Assembly: GCA_964483355.1 (NCBI GenBank)
Contig: CAZABK010000003.1
Location: forward strand, 14,584-78,583
Origin: an uncultured Verrucomicrobiota bacterium
GTDB taxonomy: Bacteria; Verrucomicrobiota; Kiritimatiellia; Kiritimatiellales; Pontiellaceae
Length of the DNA stretch: 64,000 nt
Reading direction: 5' to 3'
In this document: piece by piece, positions 1 through 9,544 of the stretch
Numbering within the stretch: position 1 is the first letter of the stretch
Layout: the number at the start of each line of letters is the position of its first letter
Notes under the pieces: generated by a model
What the model saw: the letters and a program-made list of their open reading frames with translations, nothing else
Told to the model about the DNA's origin: nothing
The model's database searches: none
Position numbers and translations under genes: made by a program

Positions 1-165
1 AAGATTATCTGGATGATGCACAAGGCCACCAAGGTTGAACATTTCCAGTTCTGGATCCTCAACTCGATCGAGTTCCGCCTTAACGATGTCGCCAAGCAGT
101 TGCGTCATCTGGAACAAACGGTCGAAAAGTATCACGCCGAGGAGATGGAAGAAATCGCTTCCTAG
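1..165 (+). CDS. C-terminal fragment of an unknown protein (5' end outside window)
   Basis: Frame 1 is open from base 1 (KIIWMMHKATKVEHFQFWILNSIEFRLND...EEIAS) to TAG at 163-165; the stop overlaps the convergent epmA stop. Confidence 0.6.
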   Translation, partial: KIIWMMHKATKVEHFQFWILNSIEFRLNDVAKQLRHLEQTVEKYHAEEMEEIAS

Positions 166-1022
166 CAACGGAACGGCAGCACGGCGTCGAGCGAGGCCGC
201 GCCGACCATGAGCATCAGCAGACGGTCAACCCCCAGCGCCACACCGCCGGCGGGCGGCATTGATTCCAGCGCCGCCAGAAAAGCTTCGTCGATGGGATAG
301 GCCTCCTTGCCGAGCGCTTTGCGCTGCCCGGCACACTCCTCGAACCTTCGGCGCTGCTCGACCGGATCGGTCAGCTCGGAATAGGCATTGGCCAGCTCGA
401 TGCCGTCGATATAGAGCTCCCAGCGTTCAGCGACGAGCGGATTGTCCGGCTTGCGGCGCGAAAGCGCGGCGGCTTCAACGGGATAGTCGATCAGCACCAC
501 CGCACCGCCCATCTTTTTAATGGCGGGCTCAACCTTTTCCACGAGATCAATATCAAAGCGGTCTTCTTCATAGTTTCCGACGGGATCCCATCCGGCAAAC
601 TCCAGAAAGGCGTCGGAGACGGTCAGCGTTTTGCATTCCCCAGAAAAAGCGGGATCAACACCCCCGCCTACAGCTGAGATCAGCGCCTTGGTATCGTCAA
701 GAATGCCAAGATAGTCGGTGTTGGCGCGATACCACTCCAACATAGTGTATTCGGGATGGTGCAGCGCTCCGCGTTCACCGCTGCGGAAACATTTGCCGAC
801 CTCAAAAATGCGCTCGTGACCTTGAGCCAGCAGGCGCTTATGAAAAATTTCGGGCGAGGTGCGCAAAAAATGGTCACCGCTCGGCTCGGCATCGATATGC
901 AGTTCCATGCAGGGTGTTTCCAGCCGGATCGGGGTTTCCACCTCGGTGAAGCCGCGCTCATAAAAAAACGCTCTGATGCGGCGCATCAGAACGTCTCTCT
1001 GCAATATGCTTTCGCTGAGCAT
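162..1022 (-). CDS. epmA: EF-P lysine aminoacylase (class II LysRS catalytic-domain paralog)
   Basis: GFTEVETP, LRTSPE, FRSGERGALHHPEYTMLEWY, ELANAYSEL and GVALGVDRL motifs; no anticodon-binding domain; directly downstream of efp. Confidence 0.92.
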   Translation of the reverse strand: MLSESILQRDVLMRRIRAFFYERGFTEVETPIRLETPCMELHIDAEPSGDHFLRTSPEIFHKRLLAQGHERIFEVGKCFRSGERGALHHPEYTMLEWYRANTDYLGILDDTKALISAVGGGVDPAFSGECKTLTVSDAFLEFAGWDPVGNYEEDRFDIDLVEKVEPAIKKMGGAVVLIDYPVEAAALSRRKPDNPLVAERWELYIDGIELANAYSELTDPVEQRRRFEECAGQRKALGKEAYPIDEAFLAALESMPPAGGVALGVDRLLMLMVGAASLDAVLPFRC

Positions 1023-1588
1023 TAGCCCTTGGACACGCGGTCGGAATAGGTGCCATCGCGGGTGTCGATGCGGATGGTGTCGCCTTCGTTGATGAAGATC
1101 GGCACATTGATTTCGTAGCCGTTTTCAAGCTTGGCCGGCTTCATGACGTTGGTGGCGGTATCGCCGCGGGCGCCGGGCTCGGTTTCGGCAACCACCATCT
1201 CCACAAAGTTCGGGAGGGTCACGTCGAGCGCGCGCTCGTTGTGGAAGAGGATTTCCACCTGCATGTCATCGACGATGAAATATTTGAGGTCGCCGAGCAG
1301 CTCGTCGTTCAGGCGTGCCTCTTCATAGGTTTCGTTGTCGGAAAAGACATAGTCTTCGCCATCAATGTAGGAGAAGGTGAAATCGCGCGAGAGCAGCGCG
1401 CAGCGGTTGACCTTGTCGCCGGAGCGATAGGTTTTGTCGAAGGTGTTGCCGGAGATCAGGTTTTTGATCTTGCAACGGTAGAGCGCCTGCCCCTTGCCGG
1501 GCTTGGAAAATTCAAAATTGGTGATCATGCACGGATCGCCGTCGATCTCGATCTTCAGCCCTTTTTTCAGGTCGGATGCATTGTACAT
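1022..1588 (-). CDS. efp: Elongation factor P
   Basis: KPGKG loop, PGARGDTA, VPIFINEGD..IDTRDG motifs; 188 aa. Confidence 0.97.
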   Translation of the reverse strand: MYNASDLKKGLKIEIDGDPCMITNFEFSKPGKGQALYRCKIKNLISGNTFDKTYRSGDKVNRCALLSRDFTFSYIDGEDYVFSDNETYEEARLNDELLGDLKYFIVDDMQVEILFHNERALDVTLPNFVEMVVAETEPGARGDTATNVMKPAKLENGYEINVPIFINEGDTIRIDTRDGTYSDRVSKG

Positions 1589-1795
1589 AATGGTTAGCCT
1601 TTCGTTGTAAACTTAAAAACGGCCGCGCATTATGCAGAACCCCCTCCTCCCTGCCAAGCGGTTTCTCGCGCCGGAAAAGTTAAAATTTACGGAAAAAGCA
1701 TCGCGCTTTGAGCCGGATAGAGCTATTCATAGGTTGAATCGCTTTAAAAGAGGGATTGGCATCCGATGTTTAACCTGAGTAAGGAGAGGAACAAA

Positions 1796-2512
1796 ATGAA
1801 GAAAACATTTGCACCCATGATCGCTATGGCCCTGGCAACGGGCATCGCAATGAACGGCATGGCCAAAGCGGAAAAGAAAAATCCGCCGAAAAGCACCCGG
1901 GCCGTCGTAGATGCCCTCAAAGAAGTCGGCGGCGAACATTATCCGGAAAAGATGAAAGTCAGCTCTAAAATGCCGGTCGAGGTTGGCGAAACCTACTACC
2001 ACTGCTACACCGGCACACTGAGAAAAGGCGGCTACCGTATTATCATCTTCGACAACACCCCCCAATATCTCGGCTTCTACAATTGTGAATACGAGCCCTG
2101 TGACTATGAAGAAGGCGCTCTGATGCTCGACTCCGGCGAAAGCGACGATGACGGCAACCAGCTGACCTACACGGTTTCGATCCCCAGAAAGGGACCGTCC
2201 AGCAAAATCAGTATCGACGGCGTTGTTAGCCCCTTTGTCAAAAACCCGAAGCTTGAAGAGAAAAAGGGCGATGCAACCACCACCGCTGCCGGACCGGCCA
2301 AGGTCGCCACCAAGGACGGAAAAGAACTGGTTCCGGAATACCGCGAATGGACGATCCGCATGAAAGGCCGCGAGATCAAGTTCACCGCGATCTATATCAA
2401 AAAGTCCGGCTCCAAGGTAACCCTCAAGGAACAGAAACGCGGCAAGGAAAACGACTTTTCAATCGCCGCACTCTCTAAAGAGGATCAGGCTTACCTGAAG
2501 CAGTTTAAATAA
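1796..2512 (+). CDS. Exported hypothetical protein with C-terminal SHD1-like domain
   Basis: ATG at 1796 after AGGAGAGG; signal peptide MKKTF...AKA; C-terminus REWT...FTAIYIKKSGSKVTLK...SIAALSKEDQAYL resembles SHD1 domains of PVC proteins. Confidence 0.65.
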   Translation: MKKTFAPMIAMALATGIAMNGMAKAEKKNPPKSTRAVVDALKEVGGEHYPEKMKVSSKMPVEVGETYYHCYTGTLRKGGYRIIIFDNTPQYLGFYNCEYEPCDYEEGALMLDSGESDDDGNQLTYTVSIPRKGPSSKISIDGVVSPFVKNPKLEEKKGDATTTAAGPAKVATKDGKELVPEYREWTIRMKGREIKFTAIYIKKSGSKVTLKEQKRGKENDFSIAALSKEDQAYLKQFK

Positions 2513-2535
2513 ACTGAACGTTCCGGAAGGATCGG

Positions 2536-2567
2536 AAAGAACCACCCATCGCGGTGGTTCTTTTTTT
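2536..2567 (+). terminator. Rho-independent terminator
   Basis: AAAGAACCACC-catcgc-GGTGGTTCTTT hairpin followed by a T run, just after the 2512 stop. Confidence 0.8.
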
Positions 2568-2818
2568 GTGTCACGCCCCTCTCTGACCTGATACCAGCGT
2601 CATGCTTTCAATGCAGTTGAGTTGTCCCCGCGTCCACGGACGCAGAGAACAGCGTCTAGTTTGTTGATAAAGCTCTGCTTTTCCACGCGTGCTGCTTTGT
2701 GTAGCACAAAGAGCGCGTAAAGTAGCTGCATTAGGGCGCTCTTCGTTCCGAAAAAGCCCGTTCCACACCAGCCGATAGATCAACAGTCCGGGACGCTGAC
2801 AAAGCGTCCCTTTACCCC

Positions 2819-2851
2819 AAAAAAAGCGCCCCGCGCAGCGCGGGACGCTTT
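2819..2851 (-). terminator. Rho-independent terminator of pckG
   Basis: Minus strand AAAGCGTCCCGCGC...GCGGGGCGCTTT hairpin followed by a T run, ~40 nt after the pckG stop. Confidence 0.7.
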
Positions 2852-2892
2852 ATCAGAAAGGTTGACCCGAAGATCAACCCTCCTCGGATGCC

Positions 2893-4707
2893 TTAGGCAT
2901 TCAGACGAGCTTCGAGAGCTTCGAGCTGCTCGGTGATCTTGGCCGGCAGCTTGTCGCCGAACTTGGCGAGGTAAGCTTTCATGTCAGCTACGGTAGTCTT
3001 GTAGCCTTCTTTGTCGACCTTCATCAGTTTTTCCCAGGCACCGTCTGCGAGCTCCAGACCGTCCAGGTTAACGTCACCGTTTTCCGGCATCAGGCCGAGC
3101 GCAGTTTCACGGGCGCCGACTTTGCCTTCAACACGGTCGCACATCCACTTGAGGATACGGCTGTTTTCACCGAAGCCAGGCCAGATGAATCCAGTTTCGT
3201 CCTTCTGGAACCAGTTAACGTAGAAACATTTCGGAGCTTTGTCGCCGAGTTTCTCACCCATGTTGAACCAGTTCTGCATGTAGTCGCCGGCATGGTAGCC
3301 GATGAACGGAGTCATTGCGAACGGGTCGAAACGCAGGGAAACATTACCGAGGTCAAGTGCGGCGGCAGTCGGCTCGGAAGATGCAGTAGCACCCATGAAT
3401 ACACCGTGGTCGAAGTCAAACGCTTCAGTTACCAGCGGAACGATGGAAGTACGCTTACCGCCGAAGAGGAAGATGTCGATCGGAACACCGGCCGGATCTT
3501 CCCAGTCAGAACAGATGGACGGGCAGTTGCGTGCCGGAGCAGTGAAGCGGCTGTTCGGGTGTGCACCCTTGATCTTCTTGCCGTCTTCGTCAGTCATGTC
3601 CTCGGTCCAGGGCTGGTTTTTCCAGTCTGTTCCACCCGGGCAAGGCAGGTTGATGTCTTCCCACCAAACGTCCAGATCCGGAGTCACAACCACGTTGGTG
3701 TAGATGCAATCTTTGTTCAAAGAAGCCATCGCCATCGGGTTGGTTTCCTTGGAGGTGAACGGAGCAACACCGAAGAAGCCGGCTTCCGGGTTAATCGCGT
3801 GCAGGCGACCGGTTTCCGGGTTGATCTTCATCCATGCAATGTCGTCACCGATGGTTTCAACTTTCCAGCCCGGTACAGTGGACTGCAGCATGGCGAGGTT
3901 GGTTTTACCACAAGCAGACGGGAAGGCCGCGGCGACGTGGTAGTGTTTGCCTTCCGGGCTGATGAAGCGGAGAATGAGCATGTGCTCAGCCATCCAGCCT
4001 TCGTCACGAGCCTGGGCGGAAGCGATACGCAGGGCCAGACATTTTTTACCGAGCAGTGCGTTGCCGCCGTAACCGGAACCGTAGGACCAGATCAGACGTT
4101 CTTCCGGGAAGTGAGCAATGTATTTGTCTTCAATCGGAGCGCACGGCCAGCGGCTGTCTTTTTCGCCTTCGGCCAGCGGTTTACCTACGGAGTGCAGGCA
4201 AGGAATAAATTCGTCGGTTTCTTCGATCAGACGAAGAACGTCCTGAGATACGCGAGCCATGATGTCCATGTTTACAACCACGTACGGGCTGTCGGAAATT
4301 TCAACCGCGTTCTTAGCGATCGGAGAACCGATCGGACCCATGGAGAACGGGATAACGTACATGGTGCGGCCTTTCATGCAGCCGTCGTACAGCCCCTTCA
4401 TGGTTTCTTTCAGCTCAACCGGATCAATCCAGTTGTTGGTCGGCCCCGCGTCTTCTTCTTTAACGGAAGCAATGTAGGTGCGGCTTTCAACACGAGCCAC
4501 GTCAGACGGATCGGAATTAAACGCGTACGAATTCGGGCGTTTTTCTTCGTTCAGCTTGATAGCCATTCCTGACTCAACCATTTCGCCCATAAGACGATCA
4601 TATTCTTCTTTGGAGCCATCGCACCAGTAAACCTGATCCGGTTTGCACATGGCTTCTACTTCAGCTACCCAATCGAGCAGCTTCTGGTTGGTAGTGGGAG
4701 CACTCAT
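2893..4707 (-). CDS. pckG: Phosphoenolpyruvate carboxykinase (GTP)
   Basis: [41 protein letters not shown] and HPNSRF motifs; 604 aa. Confidence 0.97.
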   Translation of the reverse strand: MSAPTTNQKLLDWVAEVEAMCKPDQVYWCDGSKEEYDRLMGEMVESGMAIKLNEEKRPNSYAFNSDPSDVARVESRTYIASVKEEDAGPTNNWIDPVELKETMKGLYDGCMKGRTMYVIPFSMGPIGSPIAKNAVEISDSPYVVVNMDIMARVSQDVLRLIEETDEFIPCLHSVGKPLAEGEKDSRWPCAPIEDKYIAHFPEERLIWSYGSGYGGNALLGKKCLALRIASAQARDEGWMAEHMLILRFISPEGKHYHVAAAFPSACGKTNLAMLQSTVPGWKVETIGDDIAWMKINPETGRLHAINPEAGFFGVAPFTSKETNPMAMASLNKDCIYTNVVVTPDLDVWWEDINLPCPGGTDWKNQPWTEDMTDEDGKKIKGAHPNSRFTAPARNCPSICSDWEDPAGVPIDIFLFGGKRTSIVPLVTEAFDFDHGVFMGATASSEPTAAALDLGNVSLRFDPFAMTPFIGYHAGDYMQNWFNMGEKLGDKAPKCFYVNWFQKDETGFIWPGFGENSRILKWMCDRVEGKVGARETALGLMPENGDVNLDGLELADGAWEKLMKVDKEGYKTTVADMKAYLAKFGDKLPAKITEQLEALEARLNA

Positions 4708-4918
4708 TTAAACCTCCATTTAGTTTGAGACCCAGTTATACGAAATTTCGCGAAAGGATAGGGATTCGGCCAGATAAGTCAAACCTTGGCGGGCAAAAAA
4801 TAGGTTAGTAAATCACTAAGGAAACCATCGCCCCCCCTTTGCCGCACCCGGCGGCCTTCAATAAGTTTTCACAACCGACTTGAATTCCCCGGGCGTTTGC
4901 GGCTTTCCTCAAGTGGTT

Positions 4919-5311
4919 ATGCGCCACCGAAAAGCAAAAGAATGGGAGCTGAAGCTCAAAAACGTGTTCGACGAAATCGACCACGAGCTGGAAGTCGCCT
5001 ACCGCGGCCGCTTTGAGCGCCACCCCGCCCGCGCCGCCCACGGCAGCACCTCCAGCCCGGAAATGGACGGCCTCTTCAACGTTGGCGCCTCCTACTCTGC
5101 CGGTTTCGGCTCCAAGCTTGGCCCCGGCTACGTCGTCGATATCCGCCTCTCCACCCTCCAGCGCATTCCCGGGGAACTCAAGGACGAGCTGCGCGACCGC
5201 GTGCAGCAACTGCTGGAAGAAAAACTGCCCGTCGCCTTTCCCGACAAAAACCTGTGCGTCGACCGCGAGCACCGCCACTTGCGTATTCACGGCGACCTGA
5301 GCCTCGACTGA
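4919..5311 (+). CDS. Hypothetical protein
   Basis: ORF with the same codon style as the core genes; likely ATG at 4919 (MRHRKAKEW...). Confidence 0.65.
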   Translation: MRHRKAKEWELKLKNVFDEIDHELEVAYRGRFERHPARAAHGSTSSPEMDGLFNVGASYSAGFGSKLGPGYVVDIRLSTLQRIPGELKDELRDRVQQLLEEKLPVAFPDKNLCVDREHRHLRIHGDLSLD

Positions 5312-5387
5312 AAACAGCGTGCAATAAAAAGCGGGGCAGGTTTGTCTTTATTTAACGCTAGCGAATTGGGAACATTCCCGTCCACTT

Positions 5388-5798
5388 ATGAAAGAAGTAC
5401 CCGTATCCAAAATAGGGCTGACCCTCATTGAAGTCATCCTGGCCCTCGTCATTCTCGTGATCGGCGTCACGTCGATGATGGCGGCAATGTCGCGTTGCCT
5501 TGGCGTGGTGCGTACGGCCCGCAAGCGCGAGGTGGCGCGCGGCCTCATCCTGCGGGTCGACATCGAAAACCCCATCGAAAGCGTTGACATGGAGGAACTC
5601 TCCGAGTCCGGCGACTTTGAGGACGCCGAAGGCTACACCTGGTCCCGCGACATCGTCATGATTGATGAAGAGGAACGCCCCGGCCTCTTTCTCGTAACCA
5701 CCCGCGTTCAGTGGTCCGAACGCGGGCGCGACGCCTTCGAGGAAATTACCATCTACAAATATGCGCCCGACGCGGAAATCCTGACCCAGCAATTTTAA
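5388..5798 (+). CDS. Type II secretion minor pseudopilin (GspI-like)
   Basis: Class III signal G|LTLIEVILALVILVIG; first gene of an I-J-K-L-M-like run. Confidence 0.75.
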   Translation: MKEVPVSKIGLTLIEVILALVILVIGVTSMMAAMSRCLGVVRTARKREVARGLILRVDIENPIESVDMEELSESGDFEDAEGYTWSRDIVMIDEEERPGLFLVTTRVQWSERGRDAFEEITIYKYAPDAEILTQQF

Positions 5799-5801
5799 AA
5801 C

Positions 5802-6590
5802 GTGAACCACTCAAATCCAGCACAAGAGCTTTTCACCACAGAGCACACAGAGGAACACAGAGATCATCCCTCCGTGAACTCTGTGTCCTCTAGCGCAGCG
5901 GGTGGCAAAAGGAAGCGGAAAAATACCGGCGGCTTCACCCTGCTGGAGCTGATCGTGGCGCTGGTCATTATGGTCATCGCCTTTTCGATCGCCTTTCAGG
6001 CCTTCAGCGGAACCATTCGCGGCTGGAAGCGCGGAACGGAGGTGCTCGATGGCATCAAACACGGCGATTTTGCCATGAGTCAGCTCGTCTCCGCCATCAA
6101 CTCGACCATCTATTTCTTCAACCCGCGCAAAACCTACGCCTTCACGATTGAAAAGGGCTCCGAATCCGGCCTGCCCGCCGACGAAATCAGCTTCGTCACC
6201 TCCAGCAGTGCCTTTATGCCCCACAATTCGCCGTTTGCCACCGGCCCGCACCGCATCACGCTCTTTATCGACGATGAAGACGGCGAGCCCGCCCTCTTTG
6301 CCTTCGCGATGCCGGCCATCGACGAACCGGAAGAGTTTGAAGAGGATTACGACACCGACCCAATCCTGGTTTCCACCGCCGTCCAGGGCATTGAACTCCT
6401 GATCTGGGACGCAGACACCGAGGACTGGACCGAAGAGTGGGAAAAGGAAAACTCCGTTCCTGAGCGCATTCTACTGACCGTCTTCGTGGCGTCAGACAAC
6501 GAGGATGACGAACCGATCGAATTCAGCCGAGTGATCAACATTCCCGTATTTGATTCGGTTGCCGAAAAACTGAGCGGCCCGAGCAGTTAA
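5802..6590 (+). CDS. Type II secretion minor pseudopilin (GspJ-like)
   Basis: GG|FTLLELIVAL prepilin motif; start uncertain (GTG at 5802 or 5874). Confidence 0.75.
   Translation: MNHSNPAQELFTTEHTEEHRDHPSVNSVSSSAAGGKRKRKNTGGFTLLELIVALVIMVIAFSIAFQAFSGTIRGWKRGTEVLDGIKHGDFAMSQLVSAINSTIYFFNPRKTYAFTIEKGSESGLPADEISFVTSSSAFMPHNSPFATGPHRITLFIDDEDGEPALFAFAMPAIDEPEEFEEDYDTDPILVSTAVQGIELLIWDADTEDWTEEWEKENSVPERILLTVFVASDNEDDEPIEFSRVINIPVFDSVAEKLSGPSS
5834..5891. repeat. CACAGAG-type degenerate tandem/inverted repeat
   Basis: caccACAGAGcacACAGAGgaacACAGAG...ctccgtgaaCTCTGTgtcCTCT; the arms are complementary. Confidence 0.65.
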
Positions 6591-6591
6591 G

Positions 6592-7608
6592 ATGAAACAG
6601 CCCCCCAACAACCGAGCTAAGCGAGGCGCCGCACTGATCGTGGCACTCTCGGTGCTGATGATCCTTTCGCTCATCGTCGGCTCTTTCGCCCTTGAAGTGA
6701 ATCTGGAGGGCATGCTCGTTTCGCATAAACGCAAAAAATTCCGCGCCGAAATGGCGGCGCTCTCCGGCCTCGAATATGGTCGCGCCATCCTCGACCAACA
6801 CCGTCAGGCCAAGGAACTCGAGATCGAGGATATGGCCGAAGACAAAGATGGCTTCATGCAGGCCGCGCTCTATGTCCAGCGCGGCCTCACCACCACCTCC
6901 AACATCGAAATGGAGGACGGCAGCCAATTTTCCGTCACCATCGAACCGGCCGAATCCGGCCGCAACGTCAACTCGCTCACGCGCGACCAGTGGCTCGATA
7001 TTTTTGAAATGGCCAACGTCCCCTCCACCGACTGGGACGCCCTGATCGGCTGCCTCGAAGACTGGAAGGACGAAGGCGATTTGCAGCAGCTCAACGGCGC
7101 CGAATCCGACGATCCGTTCTACGAAGAGCGCGGCTATCCCTGCAAAAACGGCCCGCTCGACAGCATTGAGGAACTCCTGCTCATCAAAAACTGGGGGCCC
7201 GAAATCCTCTACGGCAAACCCGCCGACGAAGAGAGCGATGAAATTTTCGGCATCGCCGACCTCCTCACGGTCTGGGGTGACGGCAAAGTGAACCTCAATA
7301 CTGCCAGCACCGACCTGCTGCTCAGCTTTGCCGAATACGAGGACTGGGAACTCGAAAGCGTCTTTGAAGCACGCAAAGGCGAAGACGGTGAAGACGGCAC
7401 CCTTGACGACGGCATCCGCTCGCTGGACGAAGTCGGAGCCGATGCCGATAAATTTAAATTGCAAAGTTCTTTTGTGAAGGTAACGTCTGTCGGAGAACTA
7501 TACGAAAACCAGTACCGGATCGAGTGCGTCTATCTCCTGAAAGACAAGGACTCGATCGTGGTCTACTGGAACGAAGGACCGGTTAAGAAAGATGCGAATA
7601 CGCGATAA
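6592..7608 (+). CDS. Type II secretion pseudopilin GspK-like
   Basis: KRGAALIVALSVLMILSL N-terminus; DWKD.GD...NGAESD, NGPLDSIEELLLIK and GKVNLNTA motifs typical of GspK. Confidence 0.85.
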   Translation: MKQPPNNRAKRGAALIVALSVLMILSLIVGSFALEVNLEGMLVSHKRKKFRAEMAALSGLEYGRAILDQHRQAKELEIEDMAEDKDGFMQAALYVQRGLTTTSNIEMEDGSQFSVTIEPAESGRNVNSLTRDQWLDIFEMANVPSTDWDALIGCLEDWKDEGDLQQLNGAESDDPFYEERGYPCKNGPLDSIEELLLIKNWGPEILYGKPADEESDEIFGIADLLTVWGDGKVNLNTASTDLLLSFAEYEDWELESVFEARKGEDGEDGTLDDGIRSLDEVGADADKFKLQSSFVKVTSVGELYENQYRIECVYLLKDKDSIVVYWNEGPVKKDANTR

Positions 7609-8941
7609 AATGATAACGGCTGCCTGCCGCACCCCAGACGGACTTGAATGGACCGCCATCAAGGTAAAACAGGACGGCACCGAGCCGCCTGTGCAAAACC
7701 GCGAATCCGCCCCCCTGCCGGAAACGCTCACGGAGCAGCTCAAAGGCGACATCACCGTGGCGCTGCCCACCTCCGAGCTGCTGTTGCGCACCGTGGACTT
7801 CCCCGCTGTCGACCCGGGCGAAGTGGCCGATATGGTCGGATTCCAGATCGACAAAATCTCCCCCTTCCCCGCCGATCAGCTCGATATTTCACACGAAGTC
7901 CTGCAGGTCAACGGCGAAACCACAACCGTGCTGATGGCTGCGGCCAAACGCGAATGCATCGATGCCGTCGGCGATGACTTCAAGCAGCGCGGCGTCCACA
8001 TCCACAGCATCGATGCGCGTATCCTCGGCTGGCTCCAGCTCATGCGCGAACAGGAAAGCCTCCCGGCGGAAGACTGCGAAATCATTATCGTCGACGACGG
8101 CATCGACTTTTCGATCGTTATCCACTCCAATGGCATCCAGCGCGCCTTCCGCTCCCTGCATGTGCAGCTCGATGACGAAAACCTGATCGACGAACTGATC
8201 CATGAAATCGGCTATACCCTCACCACGCTCGATGCCGAACACGATATGCCCGCGCCGACCGCCATCCGCCTCTGGAGTATTCATAACATTCCCGACACGC
8301 TCTGCGAGGAGCTGAACAAAAAGAGCGGCATCCCCGCCAGCGGCCACGACCTGAACACTCTGCCCCCGCTCTCCGAAGGCATTATCCGGCGGACCCTCAG
8401 CGGCGAAAACCGAGTTGAGCTGATTCCGCGCGAATGGATCGAATTCCAGCAGCGCAAAGAGCTGATACGCAAGTTCACCACCATCTCCGCCGGCATCGCC
8501 GCCGTCTGGATTTTGGTTCTGCTGATTGCCTTCAGCATCTTTAAGGCGCGCGACGTAAAATTGGCCGGCGTGAAAGAACGCGCCGCCGCCGTCGCCCCCG
8601 CCGCGCGCCAGGCGCTGCAGAACCAGAAAAAGCTCAATACGCTCAAGGCCTACACCGACCGCTCCGACTCCGCCTTGGAATGCCTGCGAGAAATCACCCG
8701 TACCCTGCCGGCCGGCGATATTGAATTTTCAAAGTATAACTACACCAAAGACAAAGGCATAAAGCTGGACGGCACCGCGCTCAATGATGATTTGGTTCAG
8801 GAATATTTCTCCTCATTGGGAAAATCACCCCTTTTCACAGAACTCAAGAATCAACGCTCAGAGGACAGAAACATCAAAGGCGTCCAGCGCGCCGTCTTTT
8901 CGGTTAATCTGACCCTGCCCACCGGGGAGGATGAAAAATGA
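7592..8941 (+). CDS. GspL/PilM-PilN-like inner-membrane platform protein
   Basis: Cytoplasmic actin-like region, VELIP.EW followed by a TM segment, then a PilN-like periplasmic domain; operon position. Confidence 0.7.
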   Translation: MRIRDKMITAACRTPDGLEWTAIKVKQDGTEPPVQNRESAPLPETLTEQLKGDITVALPTSELLLRTVDFPAVDPGEVADMVGFQIDKISPFPADQLDISHEVLQVNGETTTVLMAAAKRECIDAVGDDFKQRGVHIHSIDARILGWLQLMREQESLPAEDCEIIIVDDGIDFSIVIHSNGIQRAFRSLHVQLDDENLIDELIHEIGYTLTTLDAEHDMPAPTAIRLWSIHNIPDTLCEELNKKSGIPASGHDLNTLPPLSEGIIRRTLSGENRVELIPREWIEFQQRKELIRKFTTISAGIAAVWILVLLIAFSIFKARDVKLAGVKERAAAVAPAARQALQNQKKLNTLKAYTDRSDSALECLREITRTLPAGDIEFSKYNYTKDKGIKLDGTALNDDLVQEYFSSLGKSPLFTELKNQRSEDRNIKGVQRAVFSVNLTLPTGEDEK

Positions 8942-9468
8942 AAATTTCCCACCGCGAAATGATTCTCGGCGTTTCCACCCTTGCCTGCATTTTGGGCGGC
9001 GTCACCTGGTGGATGATCGACGGCCAGATTGACGAATGGAAAGCCCAGGCGGTTGAAATCGAAAACCTCGAACAGCAGATCCGGCTCGACAAGCGCCGCA
9101 TCAAAATGCAGGAACAGTGGCTCGGCGAACTCAATGACCTTCAGAAAGACCTGCGGGTTTTCGACGCCGAGCAGCGCTCCGTAGCTCCCGAGCTGATGAA
9201 AACCATCAAGCAGATTTCCAGCAAACATGGTGTCGACATTACCCGCAACCAGCCCCGCGGCGAAAAGCCGACCGGCGACCTGCTGGAACAGGGCATCAAC
9301 TGCACCTGGCAGGGCACCCTTGAAGCCTTGGTCGGCTTCCTGACTGAGCTCCAGCAGCAGGGCGTCCGCTACGACGTCCGTACACTCAATGTTCAGCCCG
9401 TCGGCAAAAATACCGGCAAGCTCAAGGGCAACATGGTGATCCACTGCGCCTACACCCGTAAAAACTAG
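8938..9468 (+). CDS. GspM/PilO-like protein
   Basis: S.RE..I N-terminus, single TM, coiled coil, ferredoxin-like C-terminus (GTLEALVGFLTEL); ATGA overlap with the previous gene. Confidence 0.7.
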   Translation: MKISHREMILGVSTLACILGGVTWWMIDGQIDEWKAQAVEIENLEQQIRLDKRRIKMQEQWLGELNDLQKDLRVFDAEQRSVAPELMKTIKQISSKHGVDITRNQPRGEKPTGDLLEQGINCTWQGTLEALVGFLTELQQQGVRYDVRTLNVQPVGKNTGKLKGNMVIHCAYTRKN

Positions 9469-9473
9469 ACACC

Positions 9474-9541
9474 AGGCAATAGGCAACTGTCTATTCAACA
9501 CCAAATAACTTAAAACCTGAAACTTAACACTTAAAAACCTC
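9474..9541. repeat. Degenerate heptamer tandem repeats
   Basis: aggcaat-aggcaac and aacttaa-aacctga-aacttaa-cacttaa units in the intergenic gap. Confidence 0.5.
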
Positions 9542-9544
9542 CCC

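Noticed and set aside
2585-2605. GACCTGATACCAGCGT resembling the TPP riboswitch 3' core
   Set aside because: Lacks the CTGAGA motif and the internal GGATAATG segment, and no thiamine gene is downstream.
3292-4572. Long antisense ORFs (also 11232..12680, 20869..22632, 24489..26354, 40717..42150, 50348..51805, 57443..58867, 59404..60771, 62194..63618)
   Set aside because: They mirror well-supported genes on the opposite strand and have no motifs; typical shadow ORFs of GC-rich codon usage.
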